Shown one piece after another: positions 1 to 12,800 of a stretch of DNA of 64,000 nucleotides. The DNA comes from Podarcis gaigeae (taxonomy: Eukaryota), in assembly GCA_964106915.2 (NCBI GenBank), contig OZ066914.1; one strand, given 5' to 3'. The position numbers and the translations under genes were made by a program. Every line of letters starts with the position of its first letter. Position 1 is the first letter of the stretch. The notes under the pieces were generated by a model. It was not told the origin of the DNA. It saw only the letters and a list, made by a program, of their open reading frames with translations, and made no database searches.

Positions 1-1031
1 CTTCCAGTCTGTAAAATGGGGATACTAAGGCCAGCCTACTTACCTTACAAGGCAGTAGCAAGAATGCATGAGGAATGTACCTAAATGCTAAGCAAATGAA
101 CAAAACCAGAACTAGTCCAAAGAGCAGGTATTTCCATTCTTGACTCCGAAGTACTGAAAATCCTGTCACAAAACCTGTGTTAGCCATTAGGAGACTACAG
201 TTCTCTGTAACGTACACATAACCACAGTGAACTGTGAACCAATTAACTGTTGTACATGTAGCACCATGTCTTGTATCTGCCAGCTACTTGGAGGCCCTGA
301 TGAAGTTGCCACACTCAGAAACTGGATCTCAAGTTCATACTCCTCTTTCCAACTTCCATTGATCAGAGGCTGTTCCTTTGTTTTATGGAAAGGCACAAAA
401 AGGACAGAGGGACAAGGATAGTGAGGAGGGGCTTATCCACACTTAGCTTTTGCCCCACTTTTTCCAGGCACAGATCTGAGCTTAAAAGCTCCATGTCCAA
501 CCATTTGTTTGTATTTGCTCCAGAGCTTTCCCTGCAAAAGCCTGCTCTTCCCCACACCCTATGCCAGGTGTGGAGACCCTTTGGTCCTCCAGATGTTTCT
601 GTACAATTCCCATCTTCCCCATGCTTGCTGGGGCTGATGGGAGTTGTAATTCAGCAACATCTGGAGTCCAAAGGATCCCCACACCTGCCCTATGCTAAGC
701 TTATGCACCAATGACTCTTCTAGGCAAGGCCTGGCTGAGATTACATCCCAGATGCTGATGACATGGGCAGAAATGTGAGAAGCAGTCAGAACAGATAAGG
801 GCAAGCCAAGACTGAGCACTTACCAACCCTCTCGAGGAGCTCATACAATCCCAGGCATGCATGATGCTCTGGCCTGAATCCTAAGGGTCTTGCCTACAGT
901 GGAGGAAAGGACATTACAGGCCTCTCCATTTCTGTGGGAAGTTGGGTGGAGTTCTCCCCACGGCATACAGCACAGCCTAGCTTGCCAGCCTTCTCCCCAA
1001 GGAGACAGCAACACTTGCCCTGATTCCATAC

Positions 1032-2425
1032 CTGATTCAGGCGACGTTCGCCGCGTCCGGCGCCCTTTGCCTCTGCTCCGAGTACTCTTCCCTTCCTGAG
1101 GCTGCAATGCGTTGTCCTTTTTCTCTGCCACTTTCCCAGTCTTCCTTTCCAACTCTCTGTTTGCACCGTGGGTCCCTGCCCTGCTTCTATCTGCTCCTGG
1201 CTCCGTCTTGGCCCAGGGCAGGGAATGTCCGTTCTGGCCAGATTCCCGTTTCCGGGCATGCGAGGTTGCACTTGGACCCTTGGGCTCATGGCTCCCTTTC
1301 GCCGCGTTCACAGACCCTCCATCCATGCAGTCATTGCTCTCTGAATGCCCAGCCTGCAGGAGGTCTCTCCTTCCCAAGGGGGCCGCCAGAGTCAGCGGGC
1401 ACTGCTCCACCTTCCTCCGCAGATCTTGCCCATTCAGCTCGCTTTCCTTCTGACCCCTGCTGGGCTCTGCCACCTGCTCAGCTGTGGCCACGCTCCTCGC
1501 CAGAGGCTTTTGCGTCCCCTTGGTCTCATCTCTGGGCCCCACCAGGACCACGCTGGACAATACCAGCTGCTGCACGCCGTGGGCATTCTCTGCCAGGGGC
1601 AAAGCCTTGAGGGGCTTGAGTTTCCGTGGTGGCGGGACCCTGGGAGCAGATGGCTCGGCGGAGGAACGTGGCGATGGTGACCTGAAGAGCTCTTGCGACC
1701 GCCGCAGCTGCTGCTGAGACACGGTGCGCTTGATGCGGCCCAGCTCCTCCGTGAACTTGTGCTCCATGTCGTGCACGCGGCTGGAGAAGCGGCCGCGCTC
1801 ATCCAAGGAGGCCGCCTTCTGGTGGAAGGCACGGCGCCGGAACGCCACACCACCCAGCTCAGAGCGGGTGTCCTCTTGCAGGTCCTCGTGGGAGACGGCC
1901 GAGAGGAAGGGGCTGGCATCGTCAAAGCCGGGCTGGTCAAAAGAGCGCGTCTTGCGTAGCGGCAGCCACGTGTGCCCTGCAAAAGGGTTCTCATTCTGTT
2001 CCAGGCTTTTGCGCCGCTCCTCAAAGAACTTCAGCTTGTCAAAGATCTTGGAGCCCGTCCGCGGCAGCTTGGGGGATGGGCGGAGGACGGAGACGCGGCT
2101 GGAGGCCTCGCTCAGGGGCGTCTGGGGCCGGGACTCTCCTGTGCAAGCCTGAGAGTAGCCAGATGACTTGGGGCGCTTCAGCTTCTCGTCCAGTTCCTCG
2201 GATGCCGTATCTTGGAACTCGGGGGGCATCAGCAGCTTCCTGCGGGGAGCCACAGGTGGGGTGGGGCCACGGCCAGCCCCAGGCGGCTGGACGGGGCACT
2301 GCCCTGCTCTGGGGGACACTGGGCGCTGGAGAGGAGGCTTCTGTGCTGGTGGGTGGAGGGTATCTGTGCTGGTTTTGCTGCTGCTGTTGGCATCATCCCT
2401 CCGGTACCCACCATGGGGGAGGTTG
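1032..2425 (-). CDS. SPEG: SPEG exon 4 (1394 nt, disordered region)
   Basis: NLPHGGYRR...[17 protein letters not shown]...RRTSPES; CTGCAG acceptor, G|GTATGG donor. Confidence 0.95.
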
Positions 2426-5400
2426 CTGCAGTTGGAAGGCAAGACATGGCATAGTTTGCTAAGGCAGGACAGCCTGAAAAACTCAAAAGAAGGTGAGCGG
2501 CAAGGGAGCAGGTGCCTATGCTGATGTCTTATTCATGTTTTGAATGCTGCTTTACGGAACTTTTGTTGATTTTATCCTTATATTTGCTGATTTTATCCTT
2601 TTGTTGATTTTATCCTCCTACTCCGTCTTGCTACGTTTTTATGAAAGTGTGGATTATACATTCAAAAATAAATAAATATGGAGAACCAGTGCTATTTTTC
2701 TAGAAAAATAGGTGCCGGTACTCACCATGAAGTTGTTACAGTAAGTGCCTCACAACAAAGGGGTGCCGGTACTGCGTACCCCTGAGTACCACCTGGATTA
2801 AAAAGCACATGGCCAACCCCTCCTAATGGCAGACCTGGGGTTTAAATTACCCATGGAAGAAAGAGGTGAGGCAATGAGAAGGAGGAACAGTCGTGTACTT
2901 CTGTCCTTAGATGAAGATGTGTGTGCATGTGTACAGAGGAGGTTGTATGTGTTTGTTTTTGCCTTCTCCAGCAGTGTGTGGCTTGGCTTACTATCTGAAT
3001 CTCCTCGAGCTTTTTGCCCCACCTAGACCTTTCTACAGTGCCCCTACTCTGTGCTGTGGCATACTGTGGTCTGGATTGCATTGCGATTGGTCTTGCCTCA
3101 TAAAAACGTGGGAATTTTTTTAATGTTTGATGTCTTACTTGTGTTTTAATTTGTTGGAAGCTGCCCAGTGTGGCTGAGGGCAACCCAGTCAGATGGGTGG
3201 CATATATATTATTTATCATAATCATATTTGATTCCAAGACTGGCCAGATGGGTGAACTGGGATTCTCCGCCAAAAGTCCAGAGAAAATACCCACTCTTCC
3301 TGGCAAGATCCAACTCTTGGTCTTATCTGCTGAATGAGCCATGCCAGATGCTGCACTAGGGCAACGGAAGAGATTGGGGGGAGTTCATCAGGCTGTGCAT
3401 CAGTGGTAGATGACTATAGGCTGGCCTGGTTTGAGGAAGCAGGGGAAGACAAGGGGAGGCCCTGGTGCAGCCAGAAATGCAACAGAAGGCAGAGGGTAGG
3501 AGAATAGAGAGCTGCAGCCTGTACACACACATGCTGTTTCCCACAGGTACAAATACTAACTCAGGTGTACATACAAACAGATACATACTTGGCACACATA
3601 CATTCATTCTAAGGCCAACTCAGTTCCTTTCAACAAATGGGCAGGCGTGTCCAGCTGCATGCATACACGCACACACACAGTGAGAATTATGCAAGTGTAT
3701 ACTTAGTCAGGTACCATAGCTGGAGGATGATAAGCGTGAGGATAAAGTTGGGAAAGCAAACTCAGGAGGAAAGAAGAGGAAGATGAGGGAGTCTCAAGTG
3801 ACCTAATGTAGCTCTGCACCCACCCTCTCAAAGATCCTTACTACACTCACTGCCTCTGCAGTGTGCTGGAGTGTGCTGCCATTTTCACAGCAAGACGGGT
3901 TTCAGCTTTCGCTTTTAAGAAAAACCACTGGTATCCAGTTTCCCATTATTACAGGGGGGAAATAATAAAAATGTGTGGGCAGTGCCTGCTAATGGCTCAG
4001 AAACTGAAAGGATCTATATATGGTATGAGGAAGAGATTTGGCACTCGACATGGCTTATCATCTCTCCCTGTTTGCCTCCCTGCATCGCTGCATTTCTAGA
4101 ATAAAAAGGGGTTCTTAACGGGGGTTTTTAAAATGTGTGTGTGTTGAATTTATCAAAAGTCGCATTAGTGTAGCCAAAAGCACCACTATCAAAGAGATAA
4201 TAACATCAATATCATTACATCATTTGTTGGGTTCTTAATTACCATTCCCTTAATCACCAGCAACCAGTCTCTCTTTCACATCATCCTTATGGATGAGGAT
4301 GACTACCTACCTCTGATTGTGCTTCTGTATTCTATTGTTTCTCCAGATTTGCCTGCCTGAAGTTGTTTAATAATCATAGAATCATAGAGTTGGAAAGGAT
4401 CCCAAGGGTCGTCTAGTACAACCCCCTGGAATGCAGGAATCCTGCCCACAGCCATCCCTGGGAGGTCTTGAGCCCTCCATCTTCTGGTTAACAGTCAGAT
4501 GCACTGACCTCAGGAATAGGTGAATATAAGAACATATATATATTTACATATATTTACTTTACTTTTCTAAACTAAAATCCCCAAACGTGGATGGTGGCAT
4601 CGAAACCCTGCTATTTCTCCCCATTAATCTAGGCCTTGGTGGGAACAATATAGGCCCCTGTCTATATGACAGTCACAACCTCCTGTGACTGTCTCCACCT
4701 TTACTCCACCTTTACTAAGTAGGTCTCCTCTGTGTGTGGGTGAAATCAAACATTCAGATGAAACGGCAATTTCCCATCCAATGGTCCTGTCTCGGTTTGG
4801 CTAATTTACATAAAGTGCAATCAAGCCTCAGTAGAGCACTTTTATGTCCCACTAATCTCAAAAGGATTCATTTTAAGCAGGTGCTTAATCTTCCCTTGAA
4901 GTAAATGGAACTCAGAAGTGCTTAATATTAGCTCAGTTGCACCCATAAGTTATAAATTTGGATTTGGGTTATCCAGGATTCGGAGGGCTTAAATGACTCG
5001 CTTGGCCATGGCAATTTCTTCGCTAGCCCATACCAGGACTGGTATTCCTTTTGAAATGAAAGGTGATATAGGCATTATTTTAATAACAATTTAAATAATA
5101 TTGCCATGTGTCAGAAGAGTGAGTGCAGCCCACTGTCCTTGGATTGTTGTTTTTTTAAGTGCCACAATTGATGCCCCAATTAAATGGGCATCTCTCAGAG
5201 TTTGGTGTTGGAGGGCCCAGTACTGATGCCATTGGCTTTATGCGAAACAGGGTCAGCTCCAGGCCAAAGGAAAACAGCAAACTCTGGGGAGGGGAGGAGC
5301 TATGGAGACTCTGCTCTCTATGCTGATTGGAGAGTGGGAAGCCTGGGACAGCAACGGATACCTACCTATGCAGCCCATTGTCCTCATAGCAACATTTTAG

Positions 5401-7129
5401 GAGAGCGAAGGCAGGAGGTGATGGGGAAGGGGAAGATACTGCAGCAGAGGAAGCAGTAGGAGAGACAATGGCAGTATAGTGTGGGTGGCTTCAGAGGGTA
5501 TAGAGAGTGCAGTGGGGGCTGTGGATGGAGGGTGCCACGACATCAGGGATCGGGACTGTGATGATGGGGCTGGGGAAAGTTTCGGTGGTGCCTCGGAATC
5601 AATGACTTAAGAGGTTGAGGGTTCAGCGAGGGATTATGACTGGAGAGTAGGGGGAAAGAGATGGTCCCAGCATAATGGCCCTTGCACCCCACTCCACGGC
5701 CCCATGGCTACTTACACGTGCAAGGAGAGGGCACGGCCCCGGTACAGGCTGAAGGCACTGCCGTAGGGGTCGCTCCCCAGAGACAGGCTGTCCTCGGACC
5801 CCGGGGCCACGCCAATCAGCTCCGCCCGTGATGCCCGCACCAGCGGCTCCACCCCCAGGTGCCGGGCCTCGGCAGGTGCTTGCCTTGGAATGCTGGGGTG
5901 CAGGTAGGGTCCCCTCACCGTGGGGCCAGCCTCTGGGTCCTTCTCCAACACCGTGGTTTGGCTCCCTGACCAGTTGGAGTGCTCATCTGTCTGGGACAGG
6001 CCTGGCACTGAGGTTGGCGTGGTCTTCATGGAGGCATCCACCAGCGTGTCCGACTCCCCTGCAAGGAAAGACAAGCATGGACTGATCGAGGGGGCTGGGA
6101 AGCCCCCCATCTCCCTTGCATCAGATCGGGGCCTGGTAACCCGAGATTCTATCGATATTGTTTAATTTAGGAGGCTGTAAAGTATCAGTTTCTTGGAGCG
6201 TGCAGTGCCACTGCATATATCATGGGTTAGCGTCAGGCCGTGTTCTTGAGGGCTAAGAATAAGCATTTTTCTCTCAGCTGGAAAGGACAAAGAAGAGGGG
6301 CGAAGAAGGAAAAGAAGACAAGGCCAGGTTGGTCACTTAATAACTCAACTCAGCCACCAAGATGATGCGGCCAGAGTGAAGGGAAACACAATTATGCAAC
6401 ACACAAGGTCAGGCATTTGCAGTGAAGGAAGGAGAGACGAACAATTTCTTATTGCAATGATATAAATGAATATTCATGTAGCTCTTTTAACATGCACAGT
6501 GCATTGCAATCATTGACTTGTTTATCCTGCTTTGCAAGGTAGATCATTGTTCCCCCAACTTTTTAGAGACTAGCTTACCCAAGACTACCTACTGAAGGAA
6601 GAGCAGAGATGGAAGGCCAGAACCGCAGTGCTCTGTGCCAGGCACTGAAGACAACCTGAAAAGAGGTACCGGGATGATCAAAACAATGGGAAACCTCTTT
6701 TGTGATGGAAAACTGGGACCTGTTTTTTTGTTCAGTAAAAAGAATGTGAGAGAATAGGCCTGCATTTTTTAAAAAGAGACTCTTCGAGAGGAAAGAACGA
6801 TTTAAACTAAAGGAGATTGTGGAAAGGCAAACAGGTGGCTAAAAGTTGCCCAATGAAAAACTGAGGTTGGAAAGCCAAAGAAGGTTGCTAACAGTGAAAA
6901 GTGCATGGGGAATAATCTCATACATTTACTCAAAAGAATGAATGGAAACTATTCACCTGCTTAGGTGGGTGCTCTCAGGGAAATAAACCTGACTCCCCAC
7001 ACTGCTGACTTCTGAGAATCCAGCTTGCTCCTATCTGAATAAACATGTGCACAGCTCCATCCTGAGTTCTGTTTCTTTGTCACCCGGGAGTGTGACTGGC
7101 TTTTTTATACAGTATAATGTTATGCAGAA

Positions 7130-7172
<43 letters not shown>

Positions 7173-9795
7173 CATCAACACTTAAACCCTGCTCATTAAA
7201 GATTCCAAGTATTGCTCAATTCAGAATACAGCCCCCATTACGCACAGTTTGCTAACTGGGATGCATGATCAACCAAGGGCTCTATCTCCCCCTGCCCCAT
7301 TTGCCTAGTCATTCTGTGGAAGGTGCATGAGCACCGTCTGAAGTGACCAGATACTGAAGGAACCTAGTATGAGGAGGCTATAGCTAAAGCCTGCAATTTT
7401 TCAGTTTTATTTCTGTGGAATCTAATGACCTTTATGCTTTGCTGAGTCCTCTTCTGATATAAAGTTGCCCTCTTTAGTAAATTAATGTTCTGCGTCGGTT
7501 AATATGTGCCCTTCTTCCAGGAAAAGGTGATGTCAGGTTGGCTATGTCTCCGGGGAGCAGTAATTCTCATGCTCCAATGGTAGCTGCCTGCAAAAAGGAA
7601 CCCTGAAGGAGAGTTAAACTCTTTGGCCAATGATCCAAAAAAGCTGGACACTCAGGGGCAGAAGACGCCCCTGCTCATAGGATTCATGGTGAACAAATCA
7701 CTGGGGGGGCGGTATTTGTGTTGGCATGGTATATGTGACATACCACTCTTGCCTCAGAAAGGGCCAGGCAGCAGGGAGGCTACAGTCTCAGGGTTGTGAG
7801 GGGATTTGGGGGCAGAATTGCTGGGGCACCAGCAGCAACATCTTTGGTTTGAAATATAGTTCCATGCCCATTCTGCTCAGAATGCTTGCCAAACCTCTCC
7901 ATTCACCTGCCTTCTTCTCCTCACCTGTCGGGGAGCTATAGGTGGTCTCATCCTGGAGCTGGCTGCGTTGGGTCACCTGTGTGCTGCTGGCATCATCTTC
8001 TCCCGTCTCCGAGTCTGAAGCAAGAGAAAGGACAAGGTGAGGGGAGGACCTTGATCAACAGGTCAGTCCACACCTTCGCCTTGGGTGCTTGTACCCATCC
8101 ATCAAAACTGTATGGCAGAGTCACAAACAGATCCTGCGCGACTCAGAAGTCTCAAGTAAGATCTTGAAAATTCAGCTCTCAGTAAAGGGGTGGCCGGATT
8201 GACTCCTTTATTGGTGTTATGAAGAGAAGGTACAATATAAAAATTGAATTGCATAAAATAATTACTCATTATTGGAAATAATTGTCTATATTTTTGGTGA
8301 TTCTTTTTTCATAAGTGTGTACTAAAGTATGGGGGGCACAGAGGAAAAACATACAAAATGGTGTCAGATGTGCTGCTCCAGCAGAGATGCTCTTAAACCA
8401 CCGTCAATGCTCAGCTTTAGAGAATCCTGGAGCAGGGCTCTGTTATGCTCACAGTTTTATTGTTGTAGCATTGGAAAAGCATTGAACAATATTTGTTTTA
8501 GGGTTGTATTTGTGGCATTCTAGGTCATTTTATACATTAGTATGGTTTTATTTTGAGCTAAGGCTTATCACGGATCATTTTGAATGCTCTGAATGTAATG
8601 AAAGACATGATGGCTGATCACTAAATACAATGAAATGAATCTGATTCTAAGAAGCATTCTCTTTGTGGAGTTTCCATTTTCTTTCAGGGCTTCCCTAATT
8701 TGCAATATGCCCAACAGCAATGACCTGGAGTCTACCATATTCAGAGAAAGGCATGAAATGGCAAACTGTGTTGACTCAGCCATGTGCAGGAACATATGCA
8801 GATTATCCAGGGCCCTGCACAACCAGTGGCATCCTTGCAGTGCAGGTTTCAACTCACAATAATTTGCCACCCTCTCAGGATCTAGATACTCAGGGCAGCC
8901 ATAGTGCCTAGAGGAAAACAAATACCAAAGCTGCAAGTAAGGAAGCCTGGAAGGCCCATTCCTTCTCCCTTGAAAAGAGCCCAAGGTAGGAGGTGATTTG
9001 TATCTCTGTGATTCTACCTCTGTGGAATTCCAGAAATTTGTCTGCTAGGTAAACAAGGGCCCTGAACATTGGAAGAGGCAAGTGGAATGGGGGAGGGGTG
9101 ACCTCTCCCTTTCTTCTTGCATTTCCCTAGATGCAAATTACTGCCTCAGAAGCCACACTTTGCAAGGGAAAATGGGCTTTCATGGCAAAACTTCATATTA
9201 TAGACATATTTTCTCTTTTAAAAAAATGAAAGTTAGGCTGCAATCTGGATCAGAAGACCTGTGGGTGGGAAGGAGACGCTTTCCCCCGGCAACCATTTTT
9301 CTGCTTATAATTGCCTTTCCCTTCCCCCTGCTGCTTTCCTCTCCACAGGGAGAAAGATATGGGAGGGGGGCTGTATCTTCTTCCCTGCAGGTGGAAAGAG
9401 TAGTTTAACGGGAGCTAATCTGAGTGGGAAAACACGCTGGTGGGAATACCTTAAGCCTTCCCAAGCCACCATTCCTTTACGCCCAATTACAGCCTCCTGA
9501 AATTGCTTTTTAAATATATATATATATCTGAAAAAGTTACATGCCACTACATATTAACATGTAGGTTATCATTCTGCCCCCCTTGGTTCAACAGCAACCT
9601 CAGAGAGATTCCATGGAAGCATGACAGATTGCTCCCAAGTACAGCCTGGATTGCACATCCCCAAAGAAGGACTGGATAAAAATATACATAAATTAGTAAG
9701 TCTTTGGAGTCAAATACTGAGAGCCCAGGAGTCTGCCCCTCTTGGGCATGGTGGCTCCTCCATAAAAAAAGGAAAGGAAAGGAAAGGGAGAGGGA

Positions 9796-9833
<38 letters not shown>

Positions 9834-12800
9834 CTCATTTTTCTGGCAGCTGCAGCTCTCCATAGGAGCCTTTACCCCACAGCTAAGAAAACCACAGGGA
9901 GAGTCGTGAGTGACGCTTGACAGATCAGTGTGGCAGCAAATCGACTGGCAGGTTGAAGAAAGGCCAACAACACAGCCATGCCAGGTGAACGGAAGTCAAA
10001 CAAAAAAAATGGGCCTTTGAGAGCCCTGCTCCTTTTGGGGAGAGGACTTGAAGTGCTGGTGCGTGTGTGAGATTTATTTTATTTTTATTTTAGCAGAATA
10101 ATAGCTGGAAGGGAATGTGTCAAGCTGCTCCCACAACCGTACCTCCTCAAAGTCTGCTTTCGTTAAAAAGAGAGAATGTTGGGGGCAGGAGGGGATCCAT
10201 GTACAGCGTTGCATGTCCATCTCCATGGGAAATCGAGTCAGCCCATAATAGCAAGATTCGCGTGGAGAGACAGAGAAAACCTTCTGCCATGTACTAGTAG
10301 CGCAGGGAAGGGCTGGCAGCAGCGTGGGAAGGGAAGATGCTCAGGCCAGTCATACAGAGAAGCAAAAGGATGCCCACCAAATTCTGCTAGAATAGGATAA
10401 GCCCCGCAAAGGAAGAGAGCAGCAGCAGCAGCAGGATGAAGACGAGGTATGGAGAGAGCCAGGAGGGTAGGCTGGGAGGGGTGTGTGGGATGAGACGCAG
10501 CTTGGGAAGAGAAAAGCATGAGGCAGCACAATTTCCTACCGTAACTTTGCTTTCTGCAGGAGCGGAAAACTTCGCTTCCATAGGGGCAGCAAGAAAGAGA
10601 GACACACGTCAACAAAGCGTTACCGCCCAAATCAGCCCAGGCCCTCAAATATTCCAGCATGTGATGGAAGGGGGGATTTATAGCCTCTGGCCCATGAAAC
10701 CCATTGAAGTTTGGGAGAATGCAAGTGGACAAGAAGGCAAGGCATACGGACATAACCTAAATGGTAGAAGGTGCCGCTCTGCCATTGAAACTCATAAGGA
10801 CCTGCCTGGGGAGTGAAATCTAGCAGGAAACTAAATTAAAAACTTGGGCTGGGGTGGGTGGGGTTGCAACAGCCATTTCTCTAATAATCCCCACGTGTTT
10901 CAAGACCCGGGTTCAAAACGCCCAGCACCAGTAATATCTTCTCCACTCCCCCAAGCCACAACCCTCTCATTCCCTTTCCCCCAAGCTGCAGCCTCCACCT
11001 ATGTCACAGCACCTGAAGTGCCAGATGATGAAAGGAAACCTTGCTGGGTGGCAACAAAAGCCCCCTATTATGTGACTATGTAGAGCTTAACTTGCAGGAT
11101 CAGATCAAGATCCACCTACTCCAGCATTTATGGTTCCCAAATGGTAACTAACCACAAATCCCCCCCCTTCCACCACCCACCCCCAGCAAACTCACAATCA
11201 GGACATTAACTTGAGGGCCAACCTCTGTATTTTGTCCCTAGCATCTGGTAATAAAAGATACACTGCCTCTGAACAAGCACATTTTATATTTAGTTATTAT
11301 AGTTAATGGCAACAGATAGGCCTACCCTCTCTGAATTTATGGAATGCATCTTAAAGCCACCTAAGCTACGGACCAGCACTATGTACCATCCTAGGGAATT
11401 CTATATGGACATCATCTTGCCTGTCCTAAATATATTACCAATGGGTGGCATCAAGTTTCCAGCTTCAGAACAATGCAGGCGATTAAACCAACTTCAAACT
11501 ATGGTTTAATATCCTGACTTGTTCCAAAACTGGTAACCATTGTTTCCTGGTTTGGACAAAATAGGAAACAATGCTTTAAGTAGCGAGCTTGTTTGCTCAA
11601 ACATAAAGGGAGGGGCCAAGAGGCTGTGTGTGTGAGCAAGAGATAGGATTCAGCTGAGACAGGGTAATCCAAATGTCATAAATGTCATAAATGTGATTCT
11701 GCACAAAGCAATTCAACCTGTCTGAAATATCTGTCTTTTGGTCCTTCTTTATATAAAACACACACAACATGCCACCGTATCACAGTGCACAGCTTCCCTT
11801 TGGATCCCCCCTTTTGGCAATGTTGCCTCCTTATTCTGAAAAGGGCAGGGCTTCTATCCCTTGTAGAGATCTGAGACAGGTCAACTTTGCGAAGGTGTAG
11901 TTTCTCCCATCATTGCAACCTTGTAGGAGAAACTCTACATGTAAAATGTCACTTGTTAACGGAACAGAAACCTTTGCCTTTGTAGAATATGTACAGCTCC
12001 CAAGGTCTACAAACTGAGCTCTAACTTCTATCAGCTAAGCTCATCGCACCCCCGCAATCTACCTCCCAAAGTGGGTGCAGGAGGAGGTTGCTATGGACAG
12101 GTGTAGGGAATCTTTGGCCCACCAGATGCAGCTGAATTACAACTCCCATCAGCCCTAGGCCATTGATAACGGGAGCTGTACTTCAGCACATCTGTAGGGC
12201 CAAAGGTTCCCCACACCTGGAATAGGCTAGTCATACCCCCCTCTACCCCAGCTAGAGTCTTTTTCTATTTGACTGTTCTCTCCCCCCCCCACCAGCCCCC
12301 AACATATCAGGAAAGCCTCTGGCAGGAAAGGGCAGAAGTAATACAACGCACCATGCGTGAAGCGCCCAAAACGCCGCGAGTGGCCACCTTTCTGCAAAGG
12401 AAAAAGAAAAGGAAAAAGCATTACCTCCGACTGAGATGGAGAGGGGGAGATAGTGGAAATATGGTGACGGGGCAGTGCTCACGGGATATCGTCATCAGTC
12501 ACCACAGAGACCAGAACCCCAGCAGGAGGCCAGGGGAAAGGCTTCAGGGGAAAGGCCTTCCACCTACTTCTGAACTTGCCACCAGGGCAAAAAGTGTATC
12601 AGCCCCCTACTGCACCATCTACACAAAGCCTTGCAAGGCATGGGATCCACCAGAGCCAAGCACAATGGTCACACCCACACCATACAATTAGTGTGCATGG
12701 CTCCAGGGTACTGGGAACTGTAGCACTCTGAGAGGTAGACTGCAGATTTCAGGAGTCTCTGGAGGAAGCAATGTACATTAAACATATGGTGTGGGTGCGA

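Noticed and set aside
841-2442. 533-aa ORF as a standalone gene
   Set aside because: It is SPEG exon 4 (1032-2425) read through into both flanking introns
2561-2617. Triple TTGATTTTATCCT-like tandem
   Set aside because: Local slippage duplication in an intron, with no functional evidence
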